From Entomortierella parvispora E1425 (lineage: Eukaryota > Fungi > Mortierellomycota), in contig BQFW01000012.1 of the NCBI GenBank assembly GCA_020891255.1, forward strand, positions 248,001-312,000: a DNA stretch of 64,000 bases, in the 5' to 3' direction. This document shows positions 23,660 through 34,094 of this stretch, in pieces. The notes below the pieces were generated by a model. It was not told where the DNA came from and made no database searches. It saw only the letters and a program-made list of their open reading frames with translations. How positions within the stretch are numbered: position 1 is the stretch's first letter; each line of letters starts with the position of its first letter. A program made the translations under genes and the position numbers.

Positions 23660-23932
23660 CTATTGGTCAATGGAAATGCTCTTGATGTTCTGAATCTTTC
23701 CCTCGAATCCAGCTGCAATAGCCCTCGCAGTACCCTTGCAGTCATTCTCCGAGTAAGCGGTAGCCTGGAGAGGCGTATGATTGAGGACGAGAGCATCCGA
23801 CGATTGAACAATAAAGCAGTCTTTGGGATCTCGGTAGTGGTGGCCGCTGATGACCAATTCTCCTGTTGTGGCCGAACACATCTGGGCCAAGAGCATAGTG
23901 GCGAGGACGAAAGCGGTGACGGTGCGGTACAT
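23660..23932 (-). CDS. Small secreted protein, 90 aa, two Cys
   Basis: MYRTVTAFVLATMLLAQMCSA signal-like leader, then TTGELVISGHHYRDPKDCFIVQSSDALVLNHTPLQATAYSENDCKGTARAIAAGFEGKIQNIKSISIDQ. Intronless and intact. Confidence 0.7.
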   Translation of the reverse strand: MYRTVTAFVLATMLLAQMCSATTGELVISGHHYRDPKDCFIVQSSDALVLNHTPLQATAYSENDCKGTARAIAAGFEGKIQNIKSISIDQ

Positions 23933-26626
23933 GATAATTCTATAAGGGGAATGGATTTTCAAAGGGTTTTGCAACAAGGATTTAGAGAGGTGAACATCGC
24001 TACTTGTACACGAGGGATTCCTTTTATGAAGAAGGGTTATCATGGCCTTACATGAAAGTAGTTGTGGGAGTGGTTTCAATGAGGAAGTCTGTTGGTTTGA
24101 GCAAGATATCTGGGATGAATTGCGGCCTCCTTTTTATATGCAGAGACACTCTGGCACAGAGTGGAGACAACTTACCAGTCAAAAGAATCACCAATAAGAC
24201 GCCGAGAAGAGGGAAGGACGCCTGCCAAGATTTTAGGAGGATGCCAAAAAAAAAAAAAAAAAAAAAAAAAAGGAAAGAAGGGGGATCCGGGTAACTTCAA
24301 AGTCCAAAGCAAGTATCAAGGGGATGCAGGATTCAAGGGTTTCCAGAAAGAAAAAAGTGCCTAAGCCTTCCCTTCAGGCACAAGGAGAGCACAATACTGA
24401 AAACATCAACCCCCAGAGTGGACCTTGACGGTCGTGGGGGGTGCACCCCGTAAAGCGTGAAGGCTAGGTATGGACTCACCAAAAAAAGGGTCTGCTTTGA
24501 CGGGGAGATTTGTGGGTGAGGGCTGCCAAGCTATTTGTGGCGTTGATGCAGCATTGGGCGCGGCGCAAAGACGTTCTCATGACAGTGCCGCATTCCAGAT
24601 GGGGAGGTACGTGCATTTTTGGTGCTACTGCTCTAGATCGTGGGTGCTCCCTCGGATTGAGGGTTGAAGGCTGATTCACAACGCGCGGTTGACAACGCCC
24701 GGTGCTGTGCATGATGCAGATGCTCATCGGCAATGTCTCGGCAACAAGATTAGCTGGAAAAAAAGAAGATAGACTGCCTGACCACCTTGGTGCCAAAGGT
24801 CCACTGAATGGACCAAGCCAAAGTCAAAAGTGTACGCTTGCTGATTGGAAGTAATTTACAAATAAAAAAGATACCAAGAGAGGGACTAAAAGACACAAAC
24901 AGTAAAAGGGCTATCGCGCGCTCGGAGGGCGAGATGCGCTGGTGGCAGCCAAGCACTCATGGCTGGAATGGTATTGCTGTCAAAGCAGAGTTTTGGACAT
25001 GCGGTCCAATTGAAGACAACAGAGCTCTGCGCTATAAAGGCACTCATTGTCATGGACCCAGACTGAGCAATTCATGAGTCTCTGAATATGCGCCTTGGGC
25101 AGAACTCATAACGTCACCCCATCGCCTTGAATCCCAACCAATGTCCTCTGGATCGATCCTTGCCAGTAGGCCATTGTTACCTTGCACCATGTCGATGGTC
25201 GCCTTCCAGATGAATGGTGTGATCTTCTGTTCCCGCTCGATGACCTCAGTCTCTCTTTGGTTGTTTAGTGACGCAGGTATGCTTCCTTGGTGGCCAAGGT
25301 TTATCTGCTCAAATATCGTCTCCTCTCTGTACGCGATGATTATTGGGGATGGTGCACAACGAGCAGTCAAGGGGTGGCGAAGAGATTGTCAGACAGCAAA
25401 CAGCAGAGAGCAGGAACGGGCTGAGGGTAACGTAACGTTGCTCTTTCTGTATTTGATTGAGAAGTTCTCGTAAGCGATGGCAGTGGGGTGATATGTTATC
25501 AAGAAGCAAGTGATCGAGCATGCAACGAGTGTCCCGGATGACAACTGCAGAGAGCTCAAAGTCCACGGGTATATAGCTGAAATAAAAAAATAAAAAAAGG
25601 GAAGAAAAGTCGACTCGCCATGCACCTTGGATCGGTGGCTTAGCCCGCAGCCCCGATCTGCTTCGGCGACAGGCGCGTCGCGGTCGTTTCTCTCGTCTCT
25701 CACACAACTGTGCACCTCTCTCTTGTCACAATCACAGCGTCCTTCATCATGCGACGCTCTCCCTTCCATTTCATGACAATGCCTCAGACTGTCATCCCCG
25801 CCATTACCTTGCTGTCCCCATGTCTCCATGATACCCACGCTTAAAATCTGATTCCAGCCTTCCACAGCAAGAGCAGCGAATGAGCGCGTCCTCTCGAGAC
25901 TGCAATACAAACCACACCCAAGTGAAAACTACCTATCCCCATGGCCAGCCGAGATGTCTGTCTTGTTCACTTCAAGGTTCCTTGACGCGATGGTCTCGAG
26001 TGCGGTGGTAGCGGCGGTGCGTGCCTGCTGTTCAGGAAGACTTGAAAGGCTCCCCTTCCCTACCCCTTTGCCCCCCCCCCCCCCCCCTGGACCACAGTCG
26101 CATGTACAACTTCAGGGCAAATGCACGATCAGAGAGCCATGGCGAAGTAAGGTGGAAGCATTTTTTTGATATTTTTGTAACCCTGGACATCCGCCATCTC
26201 GCCATCTTTACATCCCTTCATCTCAATTCCACCATTCTGCCCGCATCCATCTCTCTTTGCTCCATTCCAGCCTCTCCATCCTTTCATCGCACCATACCGC
26301 TCATTTGTCAGCTTGACATCGTAATTGCAGCATTGATAATACTTGCTTGTCAAGTTTGCCTTAAGTCATATCCAAAGTGCTGAACTAAGAGACTAGTAAA
26401 ACTAACATGCACGATCTCTGTGTTCTCAGTTCTTCGGGCAGCCGTTTATTTCGCAACAAAGAAATGTATGCAACGCAGTCGAAATTCAAGGACCATACTT
26501 AGAACCAACTGTCGTCTCTCAAAGGTTCAAATCATTCGGTAAAGAAAATCCCCACAATGCTGAAGGTTCCACTTTGGCGCTCATACTAATCAAAAGATCC
26601 GTTCTGGTCCTTATCACTGTTTTGAT

Positions 26627-29600
26627 ATGCAGAGTATGGCGAGTCGCATAGAAACTTTGGCTCATCCTGAAGTACCGTCAGCCCAAGGGTCGCCCTCGAG
26701 TGCTTCAAGCACCGACAAACTTCCTTTTTTTATCAGCAAATATTCAGGATCCAGCACTCAGCCATCAGAGCCTTCATCCCAGAGGATTCATGCCACCACC
26801 TTGTGCACGTCAGCTCGACTCCAGCCTGCTGCAGTTCAAAGTTCTCATGTCGTGTCCAATCTATCTGTCGATGCGTACAGCATGGCTTCAGAGGTATCTA
26901 TTACCACCACCAAGAACTGGGCTTATGCACATGCTCCTGAATTGGCCAGTGGACAGCCAGCGATGAGTATTTCAGAGACAAGCAATGAGTCGTCGTCACT
27001 AGCCAATGGTCCAAAGGCACCAACTTTAGCTGTACAAGCAGAGGATGGCTTCTTGATCGAAGACACTGCACAGCTGGTTCTCTGCGCCCGACTGCTCGCC
27101 TCGAAACGCCATGGACCACCGCTATCGCCATCACCTATTCAGCCTTCATCAAATTCAACCTTTGGGGGCAGCAACATTCCGCAGGACTGCGTGCAACTCA
27201 TGAATGACAATCCTCTGGACAAAGAACATCTCTACAGATTAATGAGTCGGATTGTGGAAAAGTTCGAACAGCAACCTACCAAGGATCCTGATTCCATCCG
27301 AGAAGTTGTTCTAGTGGGACCAATGCTAGATAGAGAGCATTTCTCCAGGCTCGTCAAGATCTTTATCGGCGACCTAGAGAAGACAAGCGTAAAAAGCATC
27401 GACATTCTTATTGGTCTTGTCCAACTTGTCCAGGATGCGCCAGCCAAGTGCTTGAAACAGGAGGATTTGACGCGGATAGTTTGGTTGTCTACACAGCTTC
27501 TTCAGGATTCAACTGAAAAGGATACAAGGGACACAATCTACTTGGCAATGGCAACCACAGTTCTACTTTCAACCACAATGACATCTCTCGAATCGAACCA
27601 GGGACAAGGACTACTGCGCAAAGTCTTCTCCTCCCTTCGCCATCACAAGGAACCTCTCGTCAGGGTTCAAGCGAAATATGCAGATCAAGTCCTCCGCTCA
27701 GTACCTCGTCAGAGCACAGTGACGGATCATAAAACCATCTACCGCCTACGCAGCATCTTCAAGAAGATAAAGAGAGTCCTTGGATCTAGCGACCAACCCC
27801 ATTGGTTTCAGGATGTACGGAAGGCGGGAGAGTATACAAAGGACTATCAGTTTTCTGATCTGAAGAGGCTGATCTACAAGAGCCCCAACCTTGGTAATGC
27901 CAACTTTCAGTGGCGCGTATGTCTACTCCTGGGTGAAATTACTCTGGATCCAACATGGACCAGCGACGATCGAGACCAAGCCGCTGCAATCTTGTACGGG
28001 TTTGTCAAGACCAACAAGCAGGATCCGATGATCAGAAGATGGGCATTAACGATTTTGGCATACATATCAGAGTCGCCCGCCGTCCTCTGCATTCATGGAG
28101 CTCTCAACTTGTCGACGGGTTTTGATGCAGCAAGGAGTAGCAACGCACGAAATTTGGTCCGTGAATTTAAAACGACTGGTCTCCAACCGTTCGATTTCGT
28201 GTACCCTTTGACAGGACGCCTACCTTTGCCGGCATCATCACCACTATTTCAAAAAGTCAGCGCAGATCCCGATGTTGAATATGCAATTGGCTGTCTTCGT
28301 CGCCAAAGATCAGGGATGTTCGACAAACGAGCAGTTTATATACAGCTGCTATCAAAACAATCTCTTCGATCGTCTGAGGATGCCCTTGTAGCATTGCAGG
28401 AGCGGACAAGGGACTTTATGAAGAGTAGGAGGGAGGTCCTTCTTGTCCTGGGAGACTCTGGAGCTGGCAAATCAACTTTTGGCATGCGTCTGGAGCACGA
28501 GTTATGGGATGCATACAAACCGGGAGGACCCATTCCGATCTTCATCGATCTGAAGTCAATCGATACACCAGACAAGAACATGATACAGCAGCATCTGGAA
28601 GACCAAGGATACTTCTCGGACGAACAAATAGAGGAGCTGCGACAATCCCGGCGGTTTATTCTGATCTGCGATGGTTACGATGAATGTCACCGATGGATCA
28701 ACCTTCACACGAAGAATTATTTGAACAAACCTCGACAATGGCAAGCCCAGATGATTGTCAGCTGTCGCACCCAGTACCTCGGACCAAATTACCGAAACTA
28801 TTTTGAACCCGAAGTATCCACCGCTGTCAACAATCTGAACTTTTCGGATACATCCGACCTTTACGAGGAGGCTGTGATTGTCCCTTTCAGGAGCTCTCAG
28901 ATCAGAGAGTATGTCGAACTATTTACCCAGGCACCCAGGAACCCAGATCATCTTGGCGATGGGCCTATGTGGACTGTAGAGCAGTACATGGAGCGCCTCA
29001 GGAGCATTGGTCACTTGATGGAGCTGGCTCAAAATCCTTTCATGCTCAGAATGATTATGGACGTTCTTCCAAGAATCGCAAAGACCACTATCAAGATAAC
29101 ACGTGTCGACCTGTATGACCATTTCGTGGAGCTGCATTTCGAATCTGAACAAAGGCGACTATCAAATCAACATTCTATCGGCAAGGTGGACAAAGACACA
29201 TTATCAGCCTTCAAATCACTCCAAAACGACGAGCTGATCCATCTCGGACTGGATTTCTCAAAGAAACTATCGTACTGTATATTTAAAGAGCAGGGGGGAC
29301 TCAACTCGATAACCTACTCTACCATGCTCGACAACGAATCATGGAAGGACGGTTTCTTTGGTTCCGATGCCCGAGCCAAGCTACTGCGAGAATCAGCCCA
29401 ACTGGTTTGCCGGGAGAATCGCCAGGACACCCGCCGACTGATTCGTCACGGGATCAGGATGGCACGGAAGAGAAACTCGTACGAGTTTAGTCATCGATCT
29501 ATCCTCGAGTACTTTTACTCGTGCATGGTATTTGATCCTAAAGGGAACGCGCCTTCTCTTGACCTTGCAGTCTGTCTTGATTCTTCAGGAAACCCAGAGC

Positions 29601-31945
29601 CCATTGTCAATCACCCTCTTGGACAAATAGGTATTGTCTCTGAGACGTCCATTGTCAACTTTCTTGCCGAGCGTGTTCAACAACACTATGGTTTCAGGAA
29701 TCAGCTTCAAACTATCGTCGGGATGTCCAAAGACAAAACGACGGTCAGTCAAGCAGCGGCCAATTCCATCACGATCCTGGCCAAAGCTGGCCATTATTTT
29801 AACGAAGCCAACCTTCAAGGAATCCGAATACCTGGTGCAGATCTCTCCGAGGGAAGATTCGATTCTGCGCAGCTGCAGCGTGCCAACTTGACTGGTGTCC
29901 GTCTCAAAATGACTTGGCTAAGACAAGCAGATCTCAGTGAAGCGACAATGACCAATGTTCGGTTTGGAGAAAAACCGTTTGTCAATGTACCTGAGCCGTG
30001 GTGCGTAGGGATCTCACCAGATGGGAAGATGCTTGCAGCAGGACTACAAGAAGGAGACGTACACATCTACGACACTTTTGATTCTTGTCAACTTTTCACT
30101 TTTAAGGGACACTCCGCCTATGTTGCAAGCGCGGTATTTTCTAGTGACAACTCGCTTGTTGTATCCGGTAGCGACGATCGAACAGTACGCGTCTGGCATT
30201 TGAACGGAGGAAAGGACCGTGTGTTTGAAGGACATACAGGTGGAGTCCACGTTGTCGCTATTGCACCAGCTAGTAAGCATGTTGCTTCTGCTAGTTTTGA
30301 TGGAACTGCCAGGATCTGGAACATCGAATCTGGATCTTGTGTACACATCCTGAATACATCATTGAGACGTCAGCCGGCCTTAGCATGGTCTCCATGTGGA
30401 CACCAGGTTGTAACCGGTGCTCTTGTCGGCTCGGGAGACTTGAAGCTATGGAATGCAGATACCGGGGAACTCGATCGGACTCTGGATGCAAAACTGGTAT
30501 TGAGCACGGTATATTCTCGCCAAGGCAAACTCCTTGTTGTGGGGCATCCTGATACTCTGTTTATTTGGGACTTGAATTCTGACAAGGAGGGCGACAAACC
30601 CATGATCGTCAAGGGTCCTGGCAACTTTTCCAACGCCACCTTTTCTCAGGATGAGCAAATGGTAGCTGTCGCTTGCAACGATGGCTCTATTCATCTGTAT
30701 GATGCCGTGTCAGGGTCTTTTGTCACTAGTTTGAAGAGTCACTATGGCTTTGTTCTCGCCGTGGCCTTCTTGAAGAATCAGGAGCTGATATCTGCGGCCC
30801 AGGATGGCACCATTCGATTTTGGCAACTGAACGAGGAATTGGCACCTAGAGAAAATGCGTTCAGTGTCTCCATGGCCGAAAAGCGGGGCCATGAACATGC
30901 CGCTCACAGTTTGGTGTACATTTCGAATGGTGACTTTATTCTCTCTGGAGGCATCGACGGGATTCTTCAATGGGATACCGAGACAGGAGACTGTCGCCAA
31001 TATCTTGAAGATGCGGCGAAGACTATGGCCATTTCACCCAATGGTAAACAGCTAGCGGTGGGAAGGAACGACTTGAGGATTTACGAGCTCAGCGAAACAA
31101 ACGAACCGAAAGAAGACCGCCGCTTCGACCGAGTGGTTGGTGACGTGACCTACTCTCCCTGTGGAAGATGGATGGCTGCGGTGGAAGACAAAAAGGGCGT
31201 GCGACTATGGGATCTGCGATACAAGGATGATTCAGGGCGAGCATTGAAAGGTTATACAGCCTCGGTTCTACAATTGACATTTTCACCAAGTGGTCACCAG
31301 CTCGTCGCTGTGGTCCTTCATGCACCGATTTGTCTCTGGGACACGGAAAGCGCTACGTTAATGCAGGTCCCTGAGATTTCTGGATCTGCGGCTTCGTTTT
31401 CTCCGTGTGGGAGCGTGCTTGCAATAGGCGACAGCGAGTCCCTTCATTTGTGGAACTTGCGGGAGAAGGATACAACCCTTTTTGCAGAGCTTGAAAGTGA
31501 TGCAAATTGTATGGTGTGGTCACCTTGTGGTGTCTGGCTGGCCGCAGGGTTCCCGGATGGGGCGTTGCGGCTCTGGAAGATGTCCAACAACGGATCAGTG
31601 TTCATGGCATCCAATGTGATATCTGTTCGGGACATCTCTGAGCCTGTCAGTTGTCTGACTTGGAGTCCGACGGATCCCTTGAAGTTTGCGACTGGCAGCA
31701 TGACGGGCTATATCTGTGTTTGGAGGATCGCCAAAGTCAAAAAGGACGCGTATCGTCTCCAATCGGTCTGGGATTCATTTCCAAATCGATTGACGGCTTT
31801 CGGCACGCGACTTGACGGGGTCATTGGCTTGACAGAGATGCAAAAGAAGCTGTTGAGACAACGCGGCGCCATTGAGGGATCTGATGTCCCTGTCATGGAG
31901 CAAACTGTTGGCGCTATGGGGTTTACAGGCAAGTTTATCAACTAA
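26627..31945 (+). CDS. NLR-like STAND protein: ARM-like helical region, NACHT NTPase, pentapeptide repeat, WD40 repeats (1,772 aa, intronless)
   Basis: Walker A VLLVLGDSGAGKST and Walker B FILICDGYDE. Pentapeptide repeat ANLQGIRIPGADLSEGRFDSAQLQRANLTGVRLKMTWLRQADLSEATMTNV. Multiple GH...WD/WN/WH repeats (FKGHSAYV...VRVWHL, FEGHTGGV...ARIWNI). Confidence 0.92.
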   Translation: MQSMASRIETLAHPEVPSAQGSPSSASSTDKLPFFISKYSGSSTQPSEPSSQRIHATTLCTSARLQPAAVQSSHVVSNLSVDAYSMASEVSITTTKNWAYAHAPELASGQPAMSISETSNESSSLANGPKAPTLAVQAEDGFLIEDTAQLVLCARLLASKRHGPPLSPSPIQPSSNSTFGGSNIPQDCVQLMNDNPLDKEHLYRLMSRIVEKFEQQPTKDPDSIREVVLVGPMLDREHFSRLVKIFIGDLEKTSVKSIDILIGLVQLVQDAPAKCLKQEDLTRIVWLSTQLLQDSTEKDTRDTIYLAMATTVLLSTTMTSLESNQGQGLLRKVFSSLRHHKEPLVRVQAKYADQVLRSVPRQSTVTDHKTIYRLRSIFKKIKRVLGSSDQPHWFQDVRKAGEYTKDYQFSDLKRLIYKSPNLGNANFQWRVCLLLGEITLDPTWTSDDRDQAAAILYGFVKTNKQDPMIRRWALTILAYISESPAVLCIHGALNLSTGFDAARSSNARNLVREFKTTGLQPFDFVYPLTGRLPLPASSPLFQKVSADPDVEYAIGCLRRQRSGMFDKRAVYIQLLSKQSLRSSEDALVALQERTRDFMKSRREVLLVLGDSGAGKSTFGMRLEHELWDAYKPGGPIPIFIDLKSIDTPDKNMIQQHLEDQGYFSDEQIEELRQSRRFILICDGYDECHRWINLHTKNYLNKPRQWQAQMIVSCRTQYLGPNYRNYFEPEVSTAVNNLNFSDTSDLYEEAVIVPFRSSQIREYVELFTQAPRNPDHLGDGPMWTVEQYMERLRSIGHLMELAQNPFMLRMIMDVLPRIAKTTIKITRVDLYDHFVELHFESEQRRLSNQHSIGKVDKDTLSAFKSLQNDELIHLGLDFSKKLSYCIFKEQGGLNSITYSTMLDNESWKDGFFGSDARAKLLRESAQLVCRENRQDTRRLIRHGIRMARKRNSYEFSHRSILEYFYSCMVFDPKGNAPSLDLAVCLDSSGNPEPIVNHPLGQIGIVSETSIVNFLAERVQQHYGFRNQLQTIVGMSKDKTTVSQAAANSITILAKAGHYFNEANLQGIRIPGADLSEGRFDSAQLQRANLTGVRLKMTWLRQADLSEATMTNVRFGEKPFVNVPEPWCVGISPDGKMLAAGLQEGDVHIYDTFDSCQLFTFKGHSAYVASAVFSSDNSLVVSGSDDRTVRVWHLNGGKDRVFEGHTGGVHVVAIAPASKHVASASFDGTARIWNIESGSCVHILNTSLRRQPALAWSPCGHQVVTGALVGSGDLKLWNADTGELDRTLDAKLVLSTVYSRQGKLLVVGHPDTLFIWDLNSDKEGDKPMIVKGPGNFSNATFSQDEQMVAVACNDGSIHLYDAVSGSFVTSLKSHYGFVLAVAFLKNQELISAAQDGTIRFWQLNEELAPRENAFSVSMAEKRGHEHAAHSLVYISNGDFILSGGIDGILQWDTETGDCRQYLEDAAKTMAISPNGKQLAVGRNDLRIYELSETNEPKEDRRFDRVVGDVTYSPCGRWMAAVEDKKGVRLWDLRYKDDSGRALKGYTASVLQLTFSPSGHQLVAVVLHAPICLWDTESATLMQVPEISGSAASFSPCGSVLAIGDSESLHLWNLREKDTTLFAELESDANCMVWSPCGVWLAAGFPDGALRLWKMSNNGSVFMASNVISVRDISEPVSCLTWSPTDPLKFATGSMTGYICVWRIAKVKKDAYRLQSVWDSFPNRLTAFGTRLDGVIGLTEMQKKLLRQRGAIEGSDVPVMEQTVGAMGFTGKFIN

Positions 31946-32397
31946 TCTCTGCCCCCACAAGGTTGCATTCATCAACCTTTTTTTTTTTTCTTTTTTTTTT
32001 TTTGTTTGAGATATTGTTTTAATAAAACAGTGTGTTGCTATTGTACAAAAAGGTGAACGATAACCAAGGTCGAAGATATATCTTGAGAGAAGGGAGTCTT
32101 GAAAGACGAATCAAGACCTCCTCTCCCCTTGCCCTCTGACCCTCCATTGCCTGCACTCTATGAAAAAAAGTAGCCAGGATTTCCAATCGAGAGAGCGAGT
32201 TCCGAGCCCCTGTATCGTATAACCATGTCCGTGTGGGGGGGTAATCTAGTTGATGGTCTGTTGAGAGACGAAACATGTGCGGTAATCTTGTAAAGGAGAA
32301 GACAAAGAAAAGAGGAGACGTGTCGTTCTTCGAAATCAGAGTGGGTCGCCTTTTTGTCTCATCCTTCTTTCTCCAAAAAGTCCATACGTCTTCCTGA

Positions 32398-33748
32398 TCA
32401 CTCTTGATCTTCATCCATGGCGTACAACGCTGTGTACATCTTGACCAACGAGTTGTATCCAGCCATGTCTCCGCAGCGAAGCAAGTTGGCTAGAGAGAGA
32501 AAAAAGAAAAAAAAGGACGTTTTGTCAGTTTTCCAGGTAAAAAAAGCAAGAGCAAGGCAATTGTAGGAAATCAGCCTGATAAAATGCCTCTGGCGTCATA
32601 CCTGCATCGCAGTTCAAGGGACTGCTTGGTTCTGGGTTCGTCAACAAGGAACTAATGGCGACACAGACTGACTCTAGTGTCCAAGAGGGAGTCCATTCCG
32701 ACTTCAAGATATCCAGACAAATTTCTCCAGTCTAGTATTGCGATCCAAAATGAGGGAGAGAGAGAACAGAGTCCAGCGGACGCAGCACGATAGGGTGCAT
32801 CAGATTGTGTCGTGTCGCGATAGGTCCCACCATGCAATTGTTGGGGGAGGACAATGAAGAGAGAGGGGGGAGGTGGGGAGGTGGGGAAGGGAAGAGGGGG
32901 GATCCATTCCCGTTTTGGATGTACAAAATGTCGTCGAGAGTTGGTTGCAGGTCGACAGGGGCGAAGGACGTGGGATGACAGAGCCAAGGTGCGGTTTTCC
33001 GCAACGATCAATCCCGATCCGACAGTAAAACAGAATTCCGATCCGATAAATGTTGGGTCGTCGCACGGGCGAAGAGGCAACCCATATCAAGACGACGGTA
33101 GTAGCGCGACCACAGAGACAGAGATAAAGATGAAGATGAGCAAGAAAAGAGAGAAAAGGGAACCATTGGTTAGCTACATAAACACGCGTGCGCGCAAAAA
33201 AAAAAGAGTTCCCCGTCGGAGGGAGCCAGTCGGGAGAGCCAGGCGGCACATGAAAAAGGCGAAAGGCCCGGTTTCAGGCCCCACGACCGCGGGTGATCAG
33301 GGTTTGGGTCTGCGAGGTGTCTTGTCTGTGGTACAAGCCCTGGGAGCGGGTCGTAGTTGGTGCAACAACTTTCGGCAGTCCATTGTTCTTCCAGTCCTTC
33401 CTGCATCCCTCTGCATGGTTGCAATGGCCTTTTCCTGTCTTCTTCCTGCTTTGCATCACTTGCATTCATGCCTTGTCTCTTTACCTTAAAGTGTACATTA
33501 GGGTGACAAATGGTCGTCAGGAAGCGTATCGTGGGTGGTTGGATAGGGTAGCTGGTGGGGATCACAATATCGAGTCGGAACCGTCCGCCTTCATAGCCAG
33601 AGTCTGCGGTGCCGAGGAGGATAGCCTGCCAGTGCAGGAGGTCGTCCTCCTGGATGGGTTCCAGTAGTTCGAGATGGGGTCGAGTGGCGGAATTCTTTTG
33701 GATGGCCAAGTACTCTTTGAGCATCCGTCGATGGACAGCGGTCGACAT
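32398..33748 (-). CDS. PEX4: Peroxisomal ubiquitin-conjugating enzyme E2 (Pex4/Ubc10-like); complement(join(32398..32489,32602..32731,33485..33748)), 161 aa
   Basis: E2 core YEGGRFRL...YPIQPP...HPNVHFK|TGEICLDILKSEW with the catalytic Cys. Pex4-type tail PEPSSPLNCDAANLLRCGDMAGYNSLVKMY. Both introns are GT-AG and keep the frame. Confidence 0.85.
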
Positions 33749-34094
33749 TGGGTGTGGCAGTTAGAGGACAGAAGAACAGGAGAGGGTTGTGGTTCGGATG
33801 GAGAGTGAATGCAGGTGGCAGTAAAGCAAACAAGGGAAGAGAAGAAAGAAAGAGAGAAAGACAAAGGAATGGATGGTGACTCGAGGCAAGAAAGAAAGAA
33901 CGAGAGGCAAAAGAACCCCCCAGAGGCCGACCTGTACAAGTGCAAACAGAGATGGAACCTCGCTAATCGCAATGGTGGCAAAGACAAAATAGGGATCGCC
34001 CTTTTTCTTTTGTTTCCTTGCATCCATCCATACATTCATTTCATTCTCATCCGTCTTTTTCCTCCTCTTCAGGACCACCATCACTAAAGTCGAC
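33749..34094. promoter_or_regulatory. Probable bidirectional promoter between PEX4 and the Bin3-type methyltransferase
   Basis: The two start codons are head-to-head and only 346 bp apart. Confidence 0.55.

Noticed and set aside
21556-24271. Long T run (about 21556-21586) and A run (about 24246-24271) as retroposon tails
   Set aside because: No TSDs or upstream RT/SINE features, and homopolymer runs are common throughout the intergenic DNA.
24808-25910. ORFs of 90-170 aa upstream of the NLR as a possible linked effector gene
   Set aside because: No HeLo, HET, gasdermin or amyloid-like motif recognised, and the frames are inconsistent.
32732-33489. 211-aa and 149-aa ORFs between the PEX4 exons
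   Set aside because: They lie within a 753-bp GT-AG intron whose removal restores a canonical E2.
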